The notes below the pieces were generated by a model. That model worked only from the letters and a program-made list of their open reading frames with translations. It was not told the origin of the DNA and did not search any database. A stretch of DNA of 63,973 nucleotides, filler included, from Circinaria calcarea (lineage: Eukaryota): NCBI GenBank assembly GCA_051942165.1. It is 14 parts of 14 records of this genome, joined end to end, with 100 filler letters (N's around TTAATTAATTAA, not from the genome) between each part and the next. Parts side by side here need not be neighbours in the genome. Positions count along the whole stretch, not along the records: positions 9,178 to 13,662 come from JAVECS010002305.1; positions 13,763 to 18,243 come from JAVECS010002306.1; positions 18,344 to 22,824 come from JAVECS010002307.1; positions 22,925 to 27,403 come from JAVECS010002308.1; 10 more parts are not named here. One strand, written 5' to 3'. Shown piece after piece: positions 10,493 to 24,185 of this stretch; the stretch's first letter is position 1, and each line of letters opens with the position of its first letter. The translations under genes and the position numbers were made by a program.

Positions 10493-13400
10493 ATGTTTAC
10501 CTCACAGAAACGAAAAGGTCGCTGGTCCCAAAGCCTTTTTGGCTCCAAAGCTACCGGCAAAGTGGTCATACTCGAGGACCCGGCTGAAGGTGATGGCAAT
10601 GCCAGTAAGTCCCGGGGGACACACAGTGGGGAGAGCCATGCAACGACAGGCCCAAGGGCTATATTCCGCCGTAGCGGTTCAAAAATGCTCTCACTTCTAC
10701 GCTTGACGAACAGCAATGGTAAGCCACTCAGAAGAAACTTCAAGACTTAGCTTATGCAGCGCAGGAGCTCAGGCCGGGAAGAGCACCTCGAGTTCTCCGA
10801 GTGATCGAGGTATAGCATTGGCCATCGCCAGAGATGACGCAGCTCCTACGGTGATGACTGACGTCCATGTCAACGCCCGGAATGGTCTGATGCCACTACA
10901 AACTCCTTCGGCGAGCATGATGCATAATCATATTGAAACCGATCATCATATGCCGGAAATTTCTCCGCCAAGTCATCTGGCCGCGGGCCTAACCTTTGCA
11001 ACTCCGAAAGAGCCGTCAGGGAGATATGAGACTCTCCTCGTGCCGGCAGAGGTGCCTTACCCGAAAAGGGGTCCGGCTGGTCTGCGACAGAGCAGATCCA
11101 TGCCTGGAATAGCTCATCAGTTATCTCATAAACTATCCAGCACCTTTGGAAATCCTACTGTGGTTCATCGGCCGAGTCAGCGATCCAGGCCAAGTTTCGA
11201 GCTGGCGCGAGAATCTCCGACGAAAAGCAACACATCGAAAACGGAAAGCCCCCAGGCGGATACTGATCCATCTAGTTTCTTCAACAGTGGGACTGTATCC
11301 CTGGAAGACCGTTCGACAGGAAAGACATCCGTGGAGTCCAACGCAGCTTCTATTAATAAGGATCGCCCCGAGACATCCTTCATCCGAAGCAATCGGAACG
11401 CTGGGACCAAGGAAAATCCCGAAGCAAAGCCTCTCACACCCATCCCGGAAGTTCCCACTATCGTAAAGCCCACTATGGTGACTGTGGAGACCACTGCAAA
11501 TGCCAAGATATTCTTTGAGACGCACTTCAACTCACTGCTATCTGGCCAGACGTCCCCACGCTCCCTGCGGCGCAATGAGCTAGAAAATTTACTCGAATTT
11601 ACACCACTAACGGCAGACGAACGTTATCGCCAACGTTGCGAGTGGGCAAAACAAGAGAGTGAATATCTCCGACAATCTCGTGTACTCAAGAGCAAGTCAA
11701 ACCGAATGGTTGGGAACTCGGGAGTATCTGTTGCAGGTTATGAAGTCGTCAGTATCCTTGGCAAAGGTAGCTTTGGCGTTGTCAGGCTTGTGCGTCAGAA
11801 AACGGGGGGTCGTGATGATTCTCTTCTTGAGGGTATGAGTAGGACAATCCCTCCTCGCGAGGAGCTCAGCAGCCCAAAAATGAGAACTATTGATGCCATC
11901 AGATCTACATTGGATGCCCAGAAGCTATTTTCTCCTCGCAGCAAGGCTAAAAGAGAAGTGTTTGCCATGAAGGTCATCCGCAAATCTGATATGCTTCGCA
12001 ACTGTCAGGAAGGCCATTTACGGGCAGAACGAGATTTTCTCGTCGCCTCCGAAAAGTCAAGATGGGTTGTGCCACTGATAGCTAGCTTTCAAGACAATAC
12101 TAACTTGTATCTCGTGATGGAGTACATGATTGGCGGGGATTTCCTAGGACTTCTAATTCGAAGGGAGCGGCTGAGTGAAAAGTCAACCCGATGGTACATT
12201 GCGGAGATGATTCTATGTGTCGAAGAAGCACACAGGCTTCGATGGATACATCGGGACGTGAAACCAGACAACTTCCTTATCTCAGCTTCAGGACATCTCA
12301 AAATTTCGGACTTTGGTCTTGCCTTCGACGGCCACTGGGCTCATGACCAAGGTTACTTCAATAACCATCGATACTCGCTGATGGAAAAGCTAGGAATCAA
12401 GGTCGAAGGTGATTCTATAGATCGCGACCAAAGTATCAAGAACGGCGCAGGAAAGAAGATAGCATCGATCTTGACGGGAGGGAAGCAACGTAGTGGTAAG
12501 GATCGGCATGAAGTCCCTTCGGCAGGCGAAATGAGCGACAACGAAGGGATACTCCAGTGGCGAAACCGACATGGAAAGCGAAAACTCGCAGTGAGCGTGC
12601 TTGGCACAAGCCAGTACATGGCACCAGAGGTGGTTCGTGGGGATCTTTATGATGGCCGTTGCGACTGGTGGAGCGTAGCCATCATCATGTACGAGGTGAG
12701 ACTTCCATTGTTGATTGAAGTAACGCTGGGACAAGAGACTGACAAACTGACACAGTGCCTTTATGGTAGGACGCCATTCATGGACGAGGACCGACAAAAA
12801 GTAAAGCAGAGAGTCCTGGTTCGCCTTGGATATACCTACATGGTGCGGACCAGCTGCTGACTTGAAGTAGAATCATGAATCGGAGCTATGTTTTCCTTCA
12901 ACCGCCGAGCTTCCTAGAAAACATCGGGTATCACATGAGGCCAAAGAACTCATCAACAGCATCTTGCAAAAAAAGGAACTCCGCCTCTGTTCCAAAAAGT
13001 ACATGCTCAACGACTACGAGCTCTCAAAGCGCAGCCATTTACACCTGGTTGCTTCCAACCCCGAAAAACAGCCCCAAGACTACCAGGGCTACTTCGTATT
13101 CCCCGATGACGCCACCGATATCAAAAGCCATGCGTTCTTCGACGGCATCTGCTGGGATCACCTGCACCTCTCCAAGCCTCCCTGGGTCCCGAGCGTCAAG
13201 AGCAGAGACGATACGACCTACTTCGACGAAGACATTCCCATCAGCGATGTCGACGACGCCCCCAGCACCTCCAGCATCCAGGAGGAAGATCTCCTCAAGC
13301 AAGAAGCCTACGAGGATGAAATCGCCGCCGTGTACGCCCGGGAAGTGAGGGACCAGGGGGAGAACAAGGGCAACTACGACGGCATTCAATCGGTCAACGA

Positions 13401-13662
13401 CATCATCATGGCGGAAAACGCGAAGCTGGACGCCGCGTTGGATGCTCCCAATGGTGAATTGGGGGGCGGGAAGAAGGGATTCAGGCCGCGGGAGAAGAGG
13501 CGGCCGAGAGATCGCATCCTCCGGGATAAACAGGTTGCGAAACAGGTTCTAGAACTCCGGAAAAAGGGCGCGTTTTTGGGGTATACGTATCAGAGACCGA
13601 AGAGGGTGAGGTTGAGTTTGGAGAATACAAGGAGGTCCGGGTGGGGGGAGAGTCTAGTGAGG
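10493..13662 (+). CDS. AGC/NDR-family Ser/Thr kinase (atypical Cbk1/Cot-1 paralog); 3 introns; stop lost at contig end
   Basis: NTR-like AKIFFETHF...ESEYLRQSR, GKGSFGVV, FAMKVI, HRDVKPDN, DFG with a long insert, GTSQYMAPE, DWWS and hydrophobic motif AFLGYTY. Intron donors GTAAGC (10719), GTGAGA and GTTCGC. Confidence 0.88.
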
Positions 13663-16320
13663 NNNNNNNNNNNNNNNNNNNNNNNNNNNNNNNNNNNNNN
13701 NNNNNNTTAATTAATTAANNNNNNNNNNNNNNNNNNNNNNNNNNNNNNNNNNNNNNNNNNNNGGGGGGGGGCCGGGATCTTTTGAACGGAACAGGGGAAA
13801 AGAAGAATTGAGAGCTTTTCTCAGATGTATTTATTCCCGGATTGGACATCACACGTCCCAAACCTTTGTTATATTTTCCACAAACCTCGAAACTTTTGAA
13901 AAACTTTTTTGTGACCTGGAAGGAACTCGGTTTTGTCTAATTCCATCTATCTGTGTTTTGTTTGTTTAACATGACATGATAAGTATACAATCCAATCGAA
14001 GAAGTAAGTAGGTAGGTAGGATAGGAGAACGAAAGGGGAGGAAGGGCCGCGGGGGGGGCGCCGACAAACGACTCGTTTAAGTCTCACCAACGAACGAACG
14101 GAAAGAAAAAACGAGAGTTTTAGTTTTTAATTCTTCATAGAGAGAGGACATAGATTGGGGTCTAATAAGATGCACACCAGCCTGAAAGATACTGGCTTAG
14201 TGCTCAGGAAGCTTCAAAACATACAACGTCCTCTGATCGAAGACATAGTCGATGTTATCGTAGACAATGTGTCATGGCCATCGTCACTAACTGATTGACT
14301 ATAGCCTAGCCACAAAATCACTATCTAACGACTGTTGCTGCTTACTAGCTATAGGACATTGCATTACTGAGGATTCATTCCACCTAAATTTAAGTTTTGA
14401 TATGTAGCTGTGGATGTTTCCCCGGTGGGATTTTAGTAGTCGGCACATTTATTGCATGCCATTGACTTTTCTTGTTTCGGGTGCCGTATGAATGGTGAGC
14501 ACTGGGGGCGGTCGGCTTCAACTCTTCAATGGCGTCTAAGGCTATCAGGAAGTGCATGCGCTCCGAGTCTTGGATATTCATGCAGTCACAGCATGCTCAG
14601 AAGCTTCATTCACCACTTTAGCCCTACTCCAGGCGATGGATAGAAACACCCGAGAGATGTCGATCTACTGCCTGCAGCATTGGCTTTACGAGTATTTCTC
14701 ACGAAACTTTGCTACTATGACGACTAGCAGTTCTGATAGCTCCTTAACCATTTGTTAGTCTATGTTTTTCTTTCAGAAGTACAGTACCCTCAGCGATACT
14801 GTCAGTGACACCCGACGTCTGAGAGTCTCCTGTGCCATGGAATCTTTCCATCAATTTCGCAACCACGACCAGGATCGTCCCTTCCGAGTCAACATTGGAC
14901 TCGTCCTTTTCTTTGCCTGCCGCTTGAGGGCTTTCCACAGAGTGCGTATAGGTTAGACACCGACCCAGCTACTCCAAGTACAGACTTGGTCGAAAGGTTC
15001 AATGTCTACGCAACCTTAAGCGATTACATACCAAACCGCTCCACAGCCAGCGTGAATAGGGCCAATCGCCAGGCAAATCTAGGACCGGGCTCTGTTCCTA
15101 TAAAGAGATCGCCAGCGTCCAGAACGATCCGCGCGACAGCACCCCTCTCAAGCCGTTGACGAGGCTCCATCGAGATGATCCTACCGGATTATAACCCTAC
15201 AACTCGAGGAGCACAATTTCTCATTTAACGGTGTGCAAAAAAAGTGGGAGCTAAACGCTGGATTCGTCCAGCTAGCTATTTCTTATCCTACTAGGTACCA
15301 CGCCAAGACTACATGAAGCCGGAACGTTAACAAGTCGCTGCTTATCTCTGTATTCCGGTTCTCGCTATGGGTCCAAGGGCATCATTGATGTTTTCATAGC
15401 ACCATCTGACGCCAATGGGATCTGGTCAAAGAAATGGACGACAGCAAGGCGAAGAGTTGCTAAAGCATGAGAAGTGAGAAGTAGGATGAGGCGTAGCTGA
15501 GGGGTCGTGTGGTGAGAGGGTAAAGAAAGGGGATTGTAAAGGCTAGCAAGATGGGAGGCTGAGGATGATAGTAGAACAATGTCAACGGTGGATGTGATCA
15601 ATGGGCGAAGATAGCGGTTGTAACCGAGCTAACTTGAAGCACCACTTGTACCTCGATGGATAGATGAAATGACTGGACGGGTCTGATACCGTTAGAATCT
15701 ACGCCGTTAAACCTAATTGAACACGCGAGCAATTGCGTCGTGGGTTCATTCCTCTCTCGATGTTCGTCAGCAAAGAAAATCCAATTAGCAAAGTATTCTC
15801 GAGCCCCTAGCCCCTACCTGATGCATGTATGAAGAGTAGACTTATCATTCGGGGAATGGTGCAAGGCAGAAGGTCAAATCTGCATCACTCGCCGATGTTC
15901 CTTTAAAACCTCCCCGCTCTCCGGCCCCGCATCCTATTCAATTTTCTTGGGTCCGCATGCCAGCGGAGTCCACTCCGCTGAAGGATGCAGCAAAGGAAAT
16001 GCCATGGCAAGGGTCCTCTCCAATCGAGATCTCCTCTTCCCTCATGGGTTGGAACTTATTACCAAACCGTCAACCAATCGCGGCTAGAAAGTCCCATTCA
16101 GGCATCGTTTCCCTGTCGAGGACGACGCGATAGGATTGGCGTCCTCTGAGGACTACACCACGATTCAGCGATAGATTGCGACAAACATGACGACATAAAC
16201 ACGTCTATGAATACTTCAATCGCCGTTTCCCAAATACCTATGGAATCCTTTGATTTTCTCTCTGCGAATCACCAATTTCCACCTTGAAGTAACTAGGCAC
16301 TGCTAGAGACCACAATCAAA

Positions 16321-17923
16321 ATGTCCATGGCACAAGTAGCAAACTTGGCGGAGAAGGCCTTGGGTCATCTGGGGAAGGCTACCATTGAGCAGGATATTTC
16401 CAATCCTGCTCGTGATCGGGCCAAGTATGCCGACCCAAGCGGGGAGACGATGAAGGCTCTTTGCTGGATGGGGAAGAACCAGGTCGAAGTTGGTGAGCAT
16501 GAGGATTGGGCTGGGGCCTTGGAGAATGAACAGATATGCTGATGCCCGAGTAGTGGAGACCCCGAAGCCGAGGGTCATGAATGATCGTGATGTTATCCTC
16601 AAGGTGACCGGGAGCACCGTCTGCGGTAGTGACTTGCATCTTCTCCACGGTGAGTACTGCGTCATCCCTCACTGTAGACGTGGCGACTAATTCATGGCCG
16701 TAGGCTCCGTCGTGCAGATGCAAAGCGGCGACATCCTCGGTCACGAGTTCTGTGGGGTTGTCGAGTCCTTTGGCCCGGGCGTCAAGAATCTCCAGGTAGG
16801 CGACCGGGTGGTTGCTTCTTTCCAAATAGCTTGCGGCGACTGCTTGTACTGCAAGAAGAAGCTCTCCTCGCAATGCGAGCGGACAAACGACAACGCTATG
16901 GAAAACCTGATGTATGGTGGTAATACCGCGGGTATGTGGACTACACCTACGGCCTTTTCCAATGTTTCTCAGATAAACGAGTATTGACCAGATTCCTAGG
17001 CATGTTCGGCTACTCTCACTTTACAGGTGGTTTCGCCGGTGGTCAAGCTGAATATGTCCGAGTTCCTTATGGCGATGTCAATCTTCTACACCTCCCAGAT
17101 GATGTTCCCGACGAGAAAGGTCTGTACCTTTCCGATGTCATCTGTACATCGTGGAACTGCGTCGTCGATACGGGTGTCAAGGAGGGTGATGTTGTTGCCG
17201 TCTGGGGTGCCGGTCCCATTGGCCAAATGGCGGCCGAGTTCTCTTTCCTCAACGGCGCAAGTCGCGTCATTTTGATTGATGGGGGGAATGGAGCCTGGAG
17301 ACTGAACTTTTGCAAGGAGCGGATTCCAAAACTGGAAACAATCAACTTTTCCAACTTGGAAAAGGGAGAGACCGTCCAGAGTACCCTGAAGAAGATGGAG
17401 CACGAAGGGCCGGATGTTGCGCTCGAGTGCGTAGCTGGTGAGTATGCTAAAGGATGGGCACACAAACTTGAGATAATGGCGGGTCTGGAGACGGACACTT
17501 CGGAAATCTTGAACGAGATGATTACGAGCGTGAAAGCCTATGGACGTGTTGGTATCACTGGTGTCTATGTTGGATATGTAGGTCCCTCTCTACTTGAGCT
17601 TTCTCTATTTTCTCTACCCCGCTAACACCTCTCAAAAGACAAACCACTTCAACATCGGCGCCATCATGGAACGCGGTATCCGCCTCATCGGAAACGGCCA
17701 AGCGCCTGTGCATCTCTATTGGGACAAACTCCTCAAGTACATCCAGGAGGGCAAGATCGACCCGTACCACATGCTGAGCCACCGCGTGCTGATGGAGGAG
17801 ATGGACATTGTATACGATAAGTTCAACAAGCGGGAAGGTCATATTCAAAAGGTGTTTGTGCAGACCAAGTTCTCTGCTCCGCCTGCTCCGGGTACGCCAC
17901 AGGTTACGAGCTTTAAGAAGTAG
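16321..17923 (+). CDS. Zn-dependent medium-chain dehydrogenase, formaldehyde dehydrogenase-like (YbdR-type); 4 introns
   Basis: MKALCWMG, TGSTVCGSDLHL, GHEFCG, structural Zn ACGDCLYC...C, GGQAEYVRVP, YLSDV and VWGAGPIG. All four introns are GT-AG with branch sites. Confidence 0.92.
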
Positions 17924-18343
17924 AGGCAAACGAAAAGGGCAACGGCGAAGATATGGTAACGATGACGATGATCATGATGACGGGCCAGAGCGATTCTGTA
18001 TTTTAACCACTCAGGCCTAGATAACGAAGCGAGACGAACATTTATCCAGTTTATCATTCCTGCTATTGACGTGACACCGACGTCGATGAAATTATATCAC
18101 TCGGAAGCAAGCACTGCTAACTCCCACCGGAATATACCCAACAACACGACTCCGTTTACCCGTACAAAATGTACCTAATAAAGATCTTATCCGCCAAAAG
18201 TACAACCCCTCTCCTCCCCCGAAACAACCTAAACTACCCACCCNNNNNNNNNNNNNNNNNNNNNNNNNNNNNNNNNNNNNNNNNNNNTTAATTAATTAAN
18301 NNNNNNNNNNNNNNNNNNNNNNNNNNNNNNNNNNNNNNNNNNN

Positions 18344-18554
18344 TCTTATCTGCTCGGAGATATATACTTACGGCCACGAAGGTCGACAGGACGCTGCTTG
18401 AGCTAGCTGCGATCTCGGTTCGGTACTTCTTTGCCCAGTGTTTTGCCTGTGTGGAGCTAGGTACGATGGGAGAAATTGTCGACATTTTCGGTTCTTCGAC
18501 AGGGTGTTTCAACCCTTCCTCCTCGGCGAGATGGCGTCGTTTCAAATCCGACAT
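18344..18554 (-). CDS. N-terminus of a mitochondrial carrier family protein (truncated in first intron)
   Basis: KKYRTEIAASSSSVLSTFVA followed by a GTAAGT donor, just before the expected Px[DE]xxK motif. Confidence 0.65.
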
Positions 18555-19574
18555 ATTGTATCTAGGTAAGGCGTAGCATGGGAGAGGCCTGGGGGAGCCA
18601 GGTTGCTCAGGATGGGTGCGATAAGGGGATTTTCCTGCAGTGCTCCATCAAGCGATTATCGAGGGACGAACAGAAGCGGACCAGGAGCTGTTGGAGCAAA
18701 GGAGGTCGTCAAGGGAAGACGACAGTATAACAGAGCTCCAGAGGGGAGATGTTAAGCTGTCAAGCTGTGAAGCTCTCTGCGGAGGTTGTATGTTGTTGAA
18801 GGCGGGGTGCACAACAGAACAACCAGTATACCGATGATCGAGCCTAAAGAAGCGTAGTTGCTTAGTTGGGAGTGGGTGGGATTTCCCTAATCTGCGCAGA
18901 CTCTGTGATACCTGAAAGCGTTCAAAGGGTACCCTATCGCTAATCACCGACTCGATAATGCATTGCTTAAGAGTTGTCTACATGTATTGCATCCATGTTA
19001 GCACGTGAAATGGGGCCGATGGGGATATCGACTGTTCTAGCCCCAGTCCGACACTGATCGTTGACGTAGTATACTCCAAGGCCAAAAACTCAGGCCTAAG
19101 GTAGTCAGTCTCATTCTACGGAGATATAAACGGCGCCAACGACTAAAGCCAAACGCCAATTGCACCAGGATGCCAAGTCAACGGAGTGACCTTCAATTCG
19201 CTTATGTGCATAGTGACAGCGTCCCCTGTAGCCAAGGACGAGAATGATACTGGTTTACAAGAACACAGCAGTAGCTGTACAGGGTATCACTGGAAGCCAA
19301 TCTTCGCCGACCAGCAATGCATGAAGCCCATCCAACACCGGCCAATGCAGATGCAAGCGCTCTCTACCACGAGATGAAGAATGCACCACCACTGCGTCGG
19401 GTCATGTGCCGGAGAATCGCTTCCGAGATACCCACAGAAGATGACCCCTATGCTCCCAAACCAGACATCACAGCAACAAGGTACCGCGGTAAATTAAATG
19501 ACCGCTTCTGGTCACTCTGGAGACCCCCAGTCTCTATTCTATTACAATAACCTCCCGCCCCGTATGTGTGTCAA

Positions 19575-22500
19575 TCATCCGGTGGGCTCCGCGCTGAAGC
19601 ACCGTTGTAGACTCTTGCACCCCATTCGGTTTTTGAGAGAGAGGATTAGTTTGAGTGGGATGATACCCCGAAGGTGATGCTCGCTTTTCCATCATAAACA
19701 CCCTACTAAAGGTTAATGCTACCCAATGTTGAAACTTCTGACGAGGACTTATGCGTACCGTCGTCCATTATGCTCTTGGAACTGTGGAAGCGGACTATTC
19801 TTGTTGTAGAGGATATGTTCGGCTTGGCGCCCATGGTCCTTGTCCTGAACATATCTCAAGAGAGTACTGTTACTCACTTCTGGGTATTCTGGTGCTCGGC
19901 GTTCCAAAACGTGGCTATTGGCTGGGTGATACTCCATCTCTGGCCTGATAGACGGCGGTGCAGGTCTATATTCATACCTAATACTCTCCTTCGCGGGAAC
20001 TTCGTTTTCGAATGACCTCTCAAGTGGTAAGGTTCTCCTTAATCTCAGCTGCTGCTGCTCAGGCTGGATAGGGTGAAACTGTCCACGAGAAACCTGAGAA
20101 GCAGCATTTTGAGATGAAGATACCGCTAAAGCTTGACGTGGGGGCTGGCGGAATACCTGCGAAGCTTGTCCAATTGCTGGTCCGTTCCTAGCTCCTGCAA
20201 AATCCAAATTGGTATACTCTACAGCACCAGGCTTTGAGTCGCGTGCGAGAGAACGAGAAGTGACTATAGCATCGCGCTGCAAACAAGCATATGAATCCGA
20301 GGACCCATACGCTGCAGAAAGCGATTTAGGAGATTCATCATCTGGAGAACGCTGGAAGCCAACAGATCTTGAATCAGAATGAGATAGCCCATTTGAAAGG
20401 AAGACTTGAGAATGATGTAACGGATCAGTTCTGATCCTTGCTACACCGTGCCCCTTCTCAGCATGCACGTATAAAGGAGTGCTATTCTGCGAGCTACAGA
20501 CTTCAGGGCGCATAACCTGATGCCTGTATACAGGACGATTTTCTACTATAATCGGCTGTAGATTGTCCGACCAGCGAGATGCTCCTGAAAACTGGGGCTG
20601 GTCTACAGGAACGAGAAAAGATCTCTGTGTATCAATTTGCCCCGGATGAGCTTGAAATTGCTCATATACACGTCCATCCGGAATAGGTGCTCTTCGGCGT
20701 TTCGAATAGTTCAGATTCTCATCAAAGCCTGGACCACCTTTTCGAATTTGTGAACTTACTTGGCTCAATGGAGATTCATGATCTGTTAGACGGATATGAT
20801 ATGGTTCTGATGTGGTGAAATAGGATGTTGTAGAATCAGAATTGCCGACGTTGATCCTTCGAAGTTGGGATGGGCCTTCAATTGACTGCACGGCCCTTTC
20901 AGGGCGTGGCATAATGGTAGCATTCGCTGCTTGCCGTGAAGCCCGTTCCGCATACGGATCACTAAGGCTCAGCGGAGCTTGTATATTTTCTCTCGAGGTC
21001 CTTGCGCCCTCATTGGATAAGTTTGACCCATGTGTAATGTCGTGATGCTTCCTAGGCGATGCTATGTATGTTTCAACATGCCTTGGAACGGGTTTATCCG
21101 CCAGGGGCAGTGGGAAGTACTGAGGCTGCTGACGTTGTACCTGCCCAAGTTTAGTACAGTCACCTTTTCTAAAGGTGGCCGTGCTACCGCGAGCACTGAT
21201 TCTAATAGTGTATTTGTCCTATTGCGCGCAGTACTTACCTGGATGGAAGGTTCGTCCTCACTGGCTGCCACGTGTGGTTTACTAGTATGAGCCGGTAGAA
21301 GTGTGGTTCGCTGAAGATCGTGGGTATCATCACGTTTATATACAGACGGCTGTCTCTGTATTCGACGAGATTCGCCTAGTCGTTCTTGAATGGCTCCTTG
21401 GTTGACGCTCTCCGTGTTCATATTAGAAAGTCCATGAAATTGCTGACTCTGGAAATGATCGTTAGTACGATGGGTAATGCCTGGTTCATTTCGATGGCGG
21501 TCACGAGCTTGCTCCCAAGCACGTTGGCGATGAGCTCCCATCCACTGGTTCCTGGTTTGGTCGCGACGGTCTTGTGCCCCAAGAGCATATTGTCCATGGC
21601 CCAAGAAACGAACGTCCTCTACGTTATCCGAGTCTGGACTTTCTGCACGGCTTGCAGAACCATCTTTACCGTAATCAACTGCGCGAGTCTCTAAATCTTC
21701 TGCAATAGCGCAGCTTGCAACGATTTCTACACTTGCCTGCCGGTCAGCATACTCCGGAGGGTCCTGGACAAGTTGATGGTCTATTTCCTCTTCGTCGTCC
21801 TCGTCGTCAGGGATTACAATGACTTCGCGTAGGATCTCTTCCATGGCATTAGGATCATCGTCGTCATCTGCTCGCCACTCAGCGAGCTTATCAAGAGACG
21901 GTTTTTCAACCAGAGCCCTAGCCTCATTCCATTGCACTTGCTTCAGTAGCTTATCATAATCTGTATACACATGCCTGATATGAGCGACGACTGCAAGCTG
22001 AACCCGCCGAGGAAGTGATAGTTCGGGAGCAGTTCCCACTCTTCCCCTGTCCTGCAACAACTCAGCATTTCAAATTATATCTCAAGTCACACGTACCTTT
22101 TCAAATGCGCGAGTTACAATGGCACGCAAATCCTGCTGGGGAATCTTAGGGAACATGTCTCTGATAGCCTCTCTGGCTTGCGTATCTATGGCTGCTTGGG
22201 AAACTTCTGGTACCGAGGCCTCACTATGATTAGGACCGCTCTGTCTCTTCCTTGCATTACGTTGCGGGACAGGATAATGTGAAGTGGCTACATGATGCCG
22301 TAAGACTTGACCACTTCGACTAATGTCGATACCGAGACTGGTGCATGCTCGTCCCACTACGGAACTAGGGAAATGGTATCCGATTCGATGAACTTGGTAA
22401 GCCAGATCGTCAGCATGCTTATTTCTGGTCGTCTATAGCGAGTCAGCCATATCAAGGAATAGAATACGAAGGGTCTCAGAATAGCTCACGGAGACTATGA

Positions 22501-22821
22501 AAACTTTGGCACCATCTAGTCGTGCTAGTTGTTTGCAACGGTTCGTGATCTGAGGGTCTCCAGCTGGTATAAACGTATATCCCGGTGGAGGTTTCGCGTG
22601 AAAGGATCCCTATAGACACAGAAGCAATCAGTCACAATCCTATCCGACGCACCTAGTAAAACGCAATTGTTCGCACAAACCACAGTGATCAGCTTTTTTC
22701 GTTCTTGTGTGACCTGTTCGAGGACGACCCTATACGGTGGTTTCTTCCTGTTTGTTAGCAACTTGTGACGAGCAGCAGCTGGGCCCGCAGAAGAAGCACG
22801 CTGGCGATGAACTCGAGCCAT
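19575..22821 (-). CDS. DUF2293 domain protein with a long disordered C-terminus; multiple introns; 3' end uncertain
   Basis: PPPGYTFIPAGDP, VHRIGYHFP, AREAIRDMFPKIP and GRVGTAPELSLPRRVQLAVVAHIRHVYTDYDKLL. Exons link through GT-AG introns to ORFs 21062-22060 and 19749-20912. Confidence 0.8.
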
Positions 22822-22924
22822 CCTNNNNNNNNNNNNNNNNNNNNNNNNNNNNNNNNNNNNNNNNNNNNTTAATTAATTAANNNNNNNNNNNNNNNNNNNN
22901 NNNNNNNNNNNNNNNNNNNNNNNN

Positions 22925-24185
22925 GCTCGTAGTAATTCTTGCCCTGGTAAGATGTTCGGCCCGGATAGAACTGCTCCGCTCCTCCACCAAAAGCAACGTC
23001 TGGACCAGTAAAGTTTGTCCATGTATAATTGGTTACTCCCCTTAGTTGCTGGTCAATCAATGCGCCATAGGTCGAACGAGCACGAGTGTGACCTGTGAGC
23101 GCCATTGGAGTGGCGTCAGCCATGAAAGCTGTGGTTACGACGCCAATGGCGGAGCCCCAAACACGGGTTAAGATCTCAACAATGGTTTCAACTTTTGGAT
23201 CATCAAACGCTGACGGGGAGGAATCAGCATAGACTCCCATAGCATTGACCGTTGATCTATGGCCAGTGTACAACGCCGAAGCTGAATTGGCGCTGTCCGT
23301 GATGAAGCTATCGAGTGAATGAGTCTATGATGTAGCATCAGCATTGCGTCCCCCTAAAATAGACGAATTTGGGCGGTTTGGCTGGACAATAGCCAAGCGC
23401 AAAGAGGTCGTGCACCTATTTTTCCAGGGTAGGGGGTGCCGAACAGGAGATGAGTCAATAGATCCTTAGCTGCTTACCATTTGATGTCCAACCACGGGAA
23501 ACTGGTCCATCATCATCTTGCTCTGATACCTCCCGTTCACGCTCTTGTGGCCAATGAGCCTCGCCGCCGTGATCATGTTTGTAGTCATACCATCCCCGAT
23601 AAACAAGATGACATTCTTGGCTCTTTTGACCTCGGCGAGAGGTCTCACCAGCCAGTCGGCAACGGTGGTAGAGCCATTGTAATATGACAGCGTGGCTATA
23701 TAGCTACCCGGCTCATACAAGGCAACACGCCTGTATGCTTTGGACGCAACATTGACCACAGACGGAGTCTTTGCGTCTTGAGCGAAAAGGTCTTCGTACC
23801 ACGAAAAATTCCAGCGTTCCAGTACTGGTTCAGGAACTCTAAAGTAGGTAGCCGCATTTACCGGACGGCCTCCGTCTTTGGCGATCGTGAACTTGAAAGC
23901 TTGATCCGGAACACCGCCATTGGCTTCGGAGCCGTTGACCGGCGCGTGGATCTCGAGGCGAATGTCAAAGTATTGGCCTGCGAGAAAATCTGCTCTGCGC
24001 AACGTATGTGGTCAGAAACAGGACCCAAGCTGCGCGTTCTCAGAAGATATGAAACCCAAAATTGCTCACTGATCGGGGGGAAAGACACAGCCGAGGGTTG
24101 GACATGCTCCCAGCCTTTGAAAGGTCTGCGCCGAAGCCAGGTGAAAGAACGCAGCAGCTGCAACAGCTGCCTTTAAGGAAAACAT
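22925..24185 (-). CDS. Secreted alkaline phosphatase (3'-truncated); 2 introns
   Basis: Signal peptide MFSLKAAVAAAAFFHLASAQ, KNVILFIGDGM, active-site ITDSANSASA and GVVTTAFMADATP. Confidence 0.92.

Noticed and set aside
13763..16320. Short ORFs upstream of the Zn dehydrogenase
   Set aside because: All under 80 aa, mostly non-ATG starts, with no motifs.
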